Below are positions 29,468-32,000 of a stretch of DNA of 32,000 nt, piece by piece. This DNA comes from Nitratidesulfovibrio vulgaris str. Hildenborough. Its GTDB lineage: Bacteria; Desulfobacterota; Desulfovibrionia; Desulfovibrionales; Desulfovibrionaceae. The number at the start of each line of letters is the position of its first letter. Positions within the stretch are counted from its first letter, which is position 1. The notes beneath the pieces are model-generated. The model saw only the letters and a list, made by a program, of their open reading frames with translations, was not told the origin of the DNA and searched no databases. Location: positions 2,940,001 to 2,972,000 of the forward strand of contig NC_002937.3 in assembly GCF_000195755.1 (NCBI RefSeq). The letters run 5' to 3'. Both the position numbers and the translations under genes were made by a program.

Positions 29468-31476
29468 CGCGCACCTCCCCACCAGCTTGGGCGGACTCCC
29501 CCTGTGGGCGAGACCGGCACTTGCGGTGTCTCCTTCTTCATCTTCGGTTCCTGCTGCGGCTGCTTCCAGTTGCGCACGCCAAGGGCGAAGGCCCCGGCAA
29601 GGGCAAGCACCTCGCAGTCCCAATAATGGTTATCCCGTCCTGAAGGGCAGACCCACGCCTGCTTCTGTTCATCGTAGTATTCTGCAACCATCTCCCGCGC
29701 GTATTCCAGCGGCGTGTCGTGGTGCAGGTGAAAGGCACCGGGGTCTTCCGGCGCAATGGACAGCTTCGCCGCAAGGTCGTTCTTGAAGAACGTCGTATCC
29801 ACCTTGAGCAGACGCAGACCGCCCGGAATGCGGCGCTGCGTGCCCGGATAGTACTCCAGGGGCGAATAGGTCAGGGGTGCAGCCTGATGCTGCTTGCCCT
29901 GCGTGGGAAAGATGCGGCCCTTGTTGGCGGCGCAGAAGGCGTAGACCTCTTTCGTCCGGTGGCCCATGGAGTCTTGCAGGGCAAGGCGAACCCGGTATTC
30001 GTTCCCGTGCCCGTCGCGGTAGGCACTGCCCCAGAGAATCTCGGCCAGTGCCGGAAAGGTCGGCGCGGTACCGCACTGGATGAGCCAGCTTTCATCCTCC
30101 TGCCCCCAGCCGAAGGCGCGGATGACATAGCGGAAGTAGCCCCGGTGCTCGTCACTGCCCTGCGTGTCGATACCTGCCACCAGTGCGGCGATGCGCGGCG
30201 TACCGTCTTCGGCAAGCGGCCCCGGCACCATGCCGCGCGGCCTGTCGTCGCACAGGGCAAGAATGCGGTCCTCGTCGCGGTCCATGCGATAGACCCGCCA
30301 CGGTTCCGCCTTGAAGTTGTTGCAGAAGTCCTTCAGGTCCTCCTGATTCTTCGAGGCGTTCCACCGCAGGAAGGACGCCGCCACCTTGGACAGCGACACG
30401 AAATACGAGAGCCATGCAGGCAGATGAAAACCGACGTTCGCGGGCCGGTGCGTGTCGAGGTGGGCCTTCAGTTCAAGCCCTGTCGAGCGTTCACGCCACA
30501 GGCCAAGGCGCACGGCCCGGTCGCGGTCGCCGTCGTGCCATACGCTACCGCAATGCTCGCATACATACTCGGCAAGCTGGCGCGAAAGCACGTCCTCCGG
30601 GTCGCGGACGTCCTCGGGCCAGCGGATTCTGTCAAAGGTCATCAGCTGTTCCATGGCGCAATGCGGGCAGCGCACATGAAAGTCGAACACGGCCTGCGCC
30701 TCGCGCGTCATGTATTGCCAGATGCCTGTCGATTCCACCGTGGGGGTGGATATCTTCCAGATACGCGCCTTATGCCGCCACGTGATGGTGCGCTTCTCGG
30801 CAAGGGCTTCGGCGGAGGCCTCGTTCCGGCTGCCCTGGTACTTGTCCAGTTCATCCAGCACGAGATAGCGGATGGGCTTGTTGCCAAGCCGTGCGGCAGA
30901 CCCCGACCATGCGAGGAAGATGGGCATATGCCGCAAGTTGATGCGCAGGCTTGAGCGGTCGTCGGCCGAGCCTGTCAGATAGGTGGCGAGGCGCGGACTG
31001 CCCTCTATCATGGGCTGGATGCGGTCCTTGGCGTTCTCGCGGGCGGTGAGTTCATCGGGGTAGACGTACATGACCGGCCCCGGGGAACGGTCGATGGCGT
31101 AACCGATGCAATTGTGGATGGCCTCGGTGATGCCCGACTGCGGGCACTTGCAGATGCCTATCTTCCGCACCGCCTCGTGAAAGCTGGCGTCCATGATGCC
31201 CGCGCTGTAGGGCGTGATGGAGTTGTGCCAACGCCCGGGAATGGTGGAGTACGCCACCACGCGGTGACGCTCGGCCCACTGGCTTACCGGCATGGGTGCG
31301 CGCCGGCGCATGACGGCACGCTCGGCCATGGAGAAGTTGAAGCGGTACACGCCGGGCCGCCCTGTCTGGCGTTCGTGCAGGCGTGAACCGATTTCGCGCG
31401 CAGTGCCCGCAGGCAGGCGAACCACAACGCGCAGGCAGTCGTCATTCTTCGGCTTCGGCAACAGGGTCGGAGTCAT
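29464..31476 (-). CDS. terminase large subunit, lambda GpA family
   Basis: ...PVSQWAERHRVV....PGRWHNSITPYSAGIMDA..., a Walker-type region, CPHC...CEHCG zinc-ribbon-like cysteines and a length of about 670 aa all fit. ATG 31476 lies 9 nt after GAGG. The track start 31485 is a TTG. Confidence 0.95.
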   Translation of the reverse strand: MTPTLLPKPKNDDCLRVVVRLPAGTAREIGSRLHERQTGRPGVYRFNFSMAERAVMRRRAPMPVSQWAERHRVVAYSTIPGRWHNSITPYSAGIMDASFHEAVRKIGICKCPQSGITEAIHNCIGYAIDRSPGPVMYVYPDELTARENAKDRIQPMIEGSPRLATYLTGSADDRSSLRINLRHMPIFLAWSGSAARLGNKPIRYLVLDELDKYQGSRNEASAEALAEKRTITWRHKARIWKISTPTVESTGIWQYMTREAQAVFDFHVRCPHCAMEQLMTFDRIRWPEDVRDPEDVLSRQLAEYVCEHCGSVWHDGDRDRAVRLGLWRERSTGLELKAHLDTHRPANVGFHLPAWLSYFVSLSKVAASFLRWNASKNQEDLKDFCNNFKAEPWRVYRMDRDEDRILALCDDRPRGMVPGPLAEDGTPRIAALVAGIDTQGSDEHRGYFRYVIRAFGWGQEDESWLIQCGTAPTFPALAEILWGSAYRDGHGNEYRVRLALQDSMGHRTKEVYAFCAANKGRIFPTQGKQHQAAPLTYSPLEYYPGTQRRIPGGLRLLKVDTTFFKNDLAAKLSIAPEDPGAFHLHHDTPLEYAREMVAEYYDEQKQAWVCPSGRDNHYWDCEVLALAGAFALGVRNWKQPQQEPKMKKETPQVPVSPTGGVRPSWWGGAR

Positions 31477-32000
31477 CAAACACAACCTCGTAGGTCATAG
31501 GACGCGCATACTCGTTGAGTGCCGCGTCCAGTTGGCGTTCAAAGAACGACAGAAGGTCGGGGGCTTTCTTCGGATTGCCCTCGGCGGTGTGGATGAGGTC
31601 GAGCAGGCTCGTCTCGAACATGGTTCGCAGACCCGTTGCCAGCACCCCGGCACGGGCCGCCAGTTCGACCTCCACGTCATCGCGCAGGATGTACTTGCCG
31701 GCGCGCACCTCGTTCTTGAACCGTTCGGCCTTGGCCTGTTCCTCAAGCTTCTCGGCCTCTGCCTTGGCCTTGCGCGAGGCGTATTCCTGCGCCTCTGCCG
31801 TTTCCTTCTCGGGCAGGGCGTGGGTGGGCAGGCTGGCCGCGTAACGGTCCACGTCACGCTTGCGGTACGTCCCATCCGGCTGTGCCTTCAGAAGCCCCCT
31901 TCCCTTGTCCTGATACAATTTGCTCTGGCTGATCTTTCGCCCCTGCTCCTGCAGATGTGCCAGCACATCCTTGAGCGAGCCGAAGCTCTGCTTTGTGTGC
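31442..32000 (-). CDS. probable terminase small subunit (N-terminus beyond window)
   Basis: It lies immediately upstream of, and overlaps, the large terminase. The frame stays open to position 32000, so the true start is probably outside the window (the track GTG at 31966 is the in-window alternative). The N-terminal part is HTH-like (SLKDVLAHLQEQGRKISQSKLYQDKGRG), followed by a Lys/Glu coiled region. Confidence 0.6.
   Translation of the reverse strand, partial: HTKQSFGSLKDVLAHLQEQGRKISQSKLYQDKGRGLLKAQPDGTYRKRDVDRYAASLPTHALPEKETAEAQEYASRKAKAEAEKLEEQAKAERFKNEVRAGKYILRDDVEVELAARAGVLATGLRTMFETSLLDLIHTAEGNPKKAPDLLSFFERQLDAALNEYARPMTYEVVFDDSDPVAEAEE

Larger units (their letters stand above)
9441..32000 (-). 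mobile_element. prophage late region (packaging, head, lysis, contractile tail), truncated by the window edge
   Basis: About 35 minus-strand genes run uninterrupted, tightly packed or overlapping, with recognisable virion and lysis functions. The left boundary lies somewhere in 9136-9780. Confidence 0.9.

Overview
The window comes from a high-GC bacterial chromosome; no taxon can be assigned without a search. It has two parts.

Part A (1 to about 9.2 kb) is a mosaic accessory/defence island. It contains:
- a divergent Cro-like/CI-like HTH pair;
- an orphan HsdR-N-type PD-(D/E)xK nuclease;
- a visibly AT-rich three-gene cassette: a SAMHD1-type HD phosphohydrolase translationally coupled to a DUF4065/Panacea-like small protein, convergent with a 4-TM membrane protein across a shared hairpin terminator;
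- a complete EcoRII-like endonuclease / Dcm-type m5C methyltransferase / Vsr system;
- an endonuclease-IV/xylose-isomerase-like TIM-barrel protein and a HIT hydrolase packed into the same operon as dcm-vsr.

Part B (about 9.4 kb to the right edge) is the late region of a prophage, entirely on the minus strand. Reading right to left:
- small and large (GpA-type) terminase;
- a two-gene insertion plus a repeat array;
- gpW, lambda-type portal, S49 protease with nested scaffold, decoration protein and gpE-type major capsid protein;
- an embedded lysis cassette (holin, GH108 endolysin, lipoprotein);
- gpZ/FII/U-like connectors;
- a Mu-type contractile tail: DUF2635, sheath, tube, chaperone with a -1 frameshift, tape measure, gp43-48 baseplate, fibre and fibre chaperone.

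Best candidates for undescribed biology:
1. The HD + Panacea-like pair, possibly with the membrane protein.
2. The TIM-barrel + HIT extension of the dcm-vsr operon.
3. The membrane protein whose start codon overlaps the EcoRII-like stop codon.
4. The HTH_17 + 142-aa insertion and the ~36-bp palindromic repeat array between terminase and gpW.

All domain calls come from motif recognition by eye; no database search or alignment was run.
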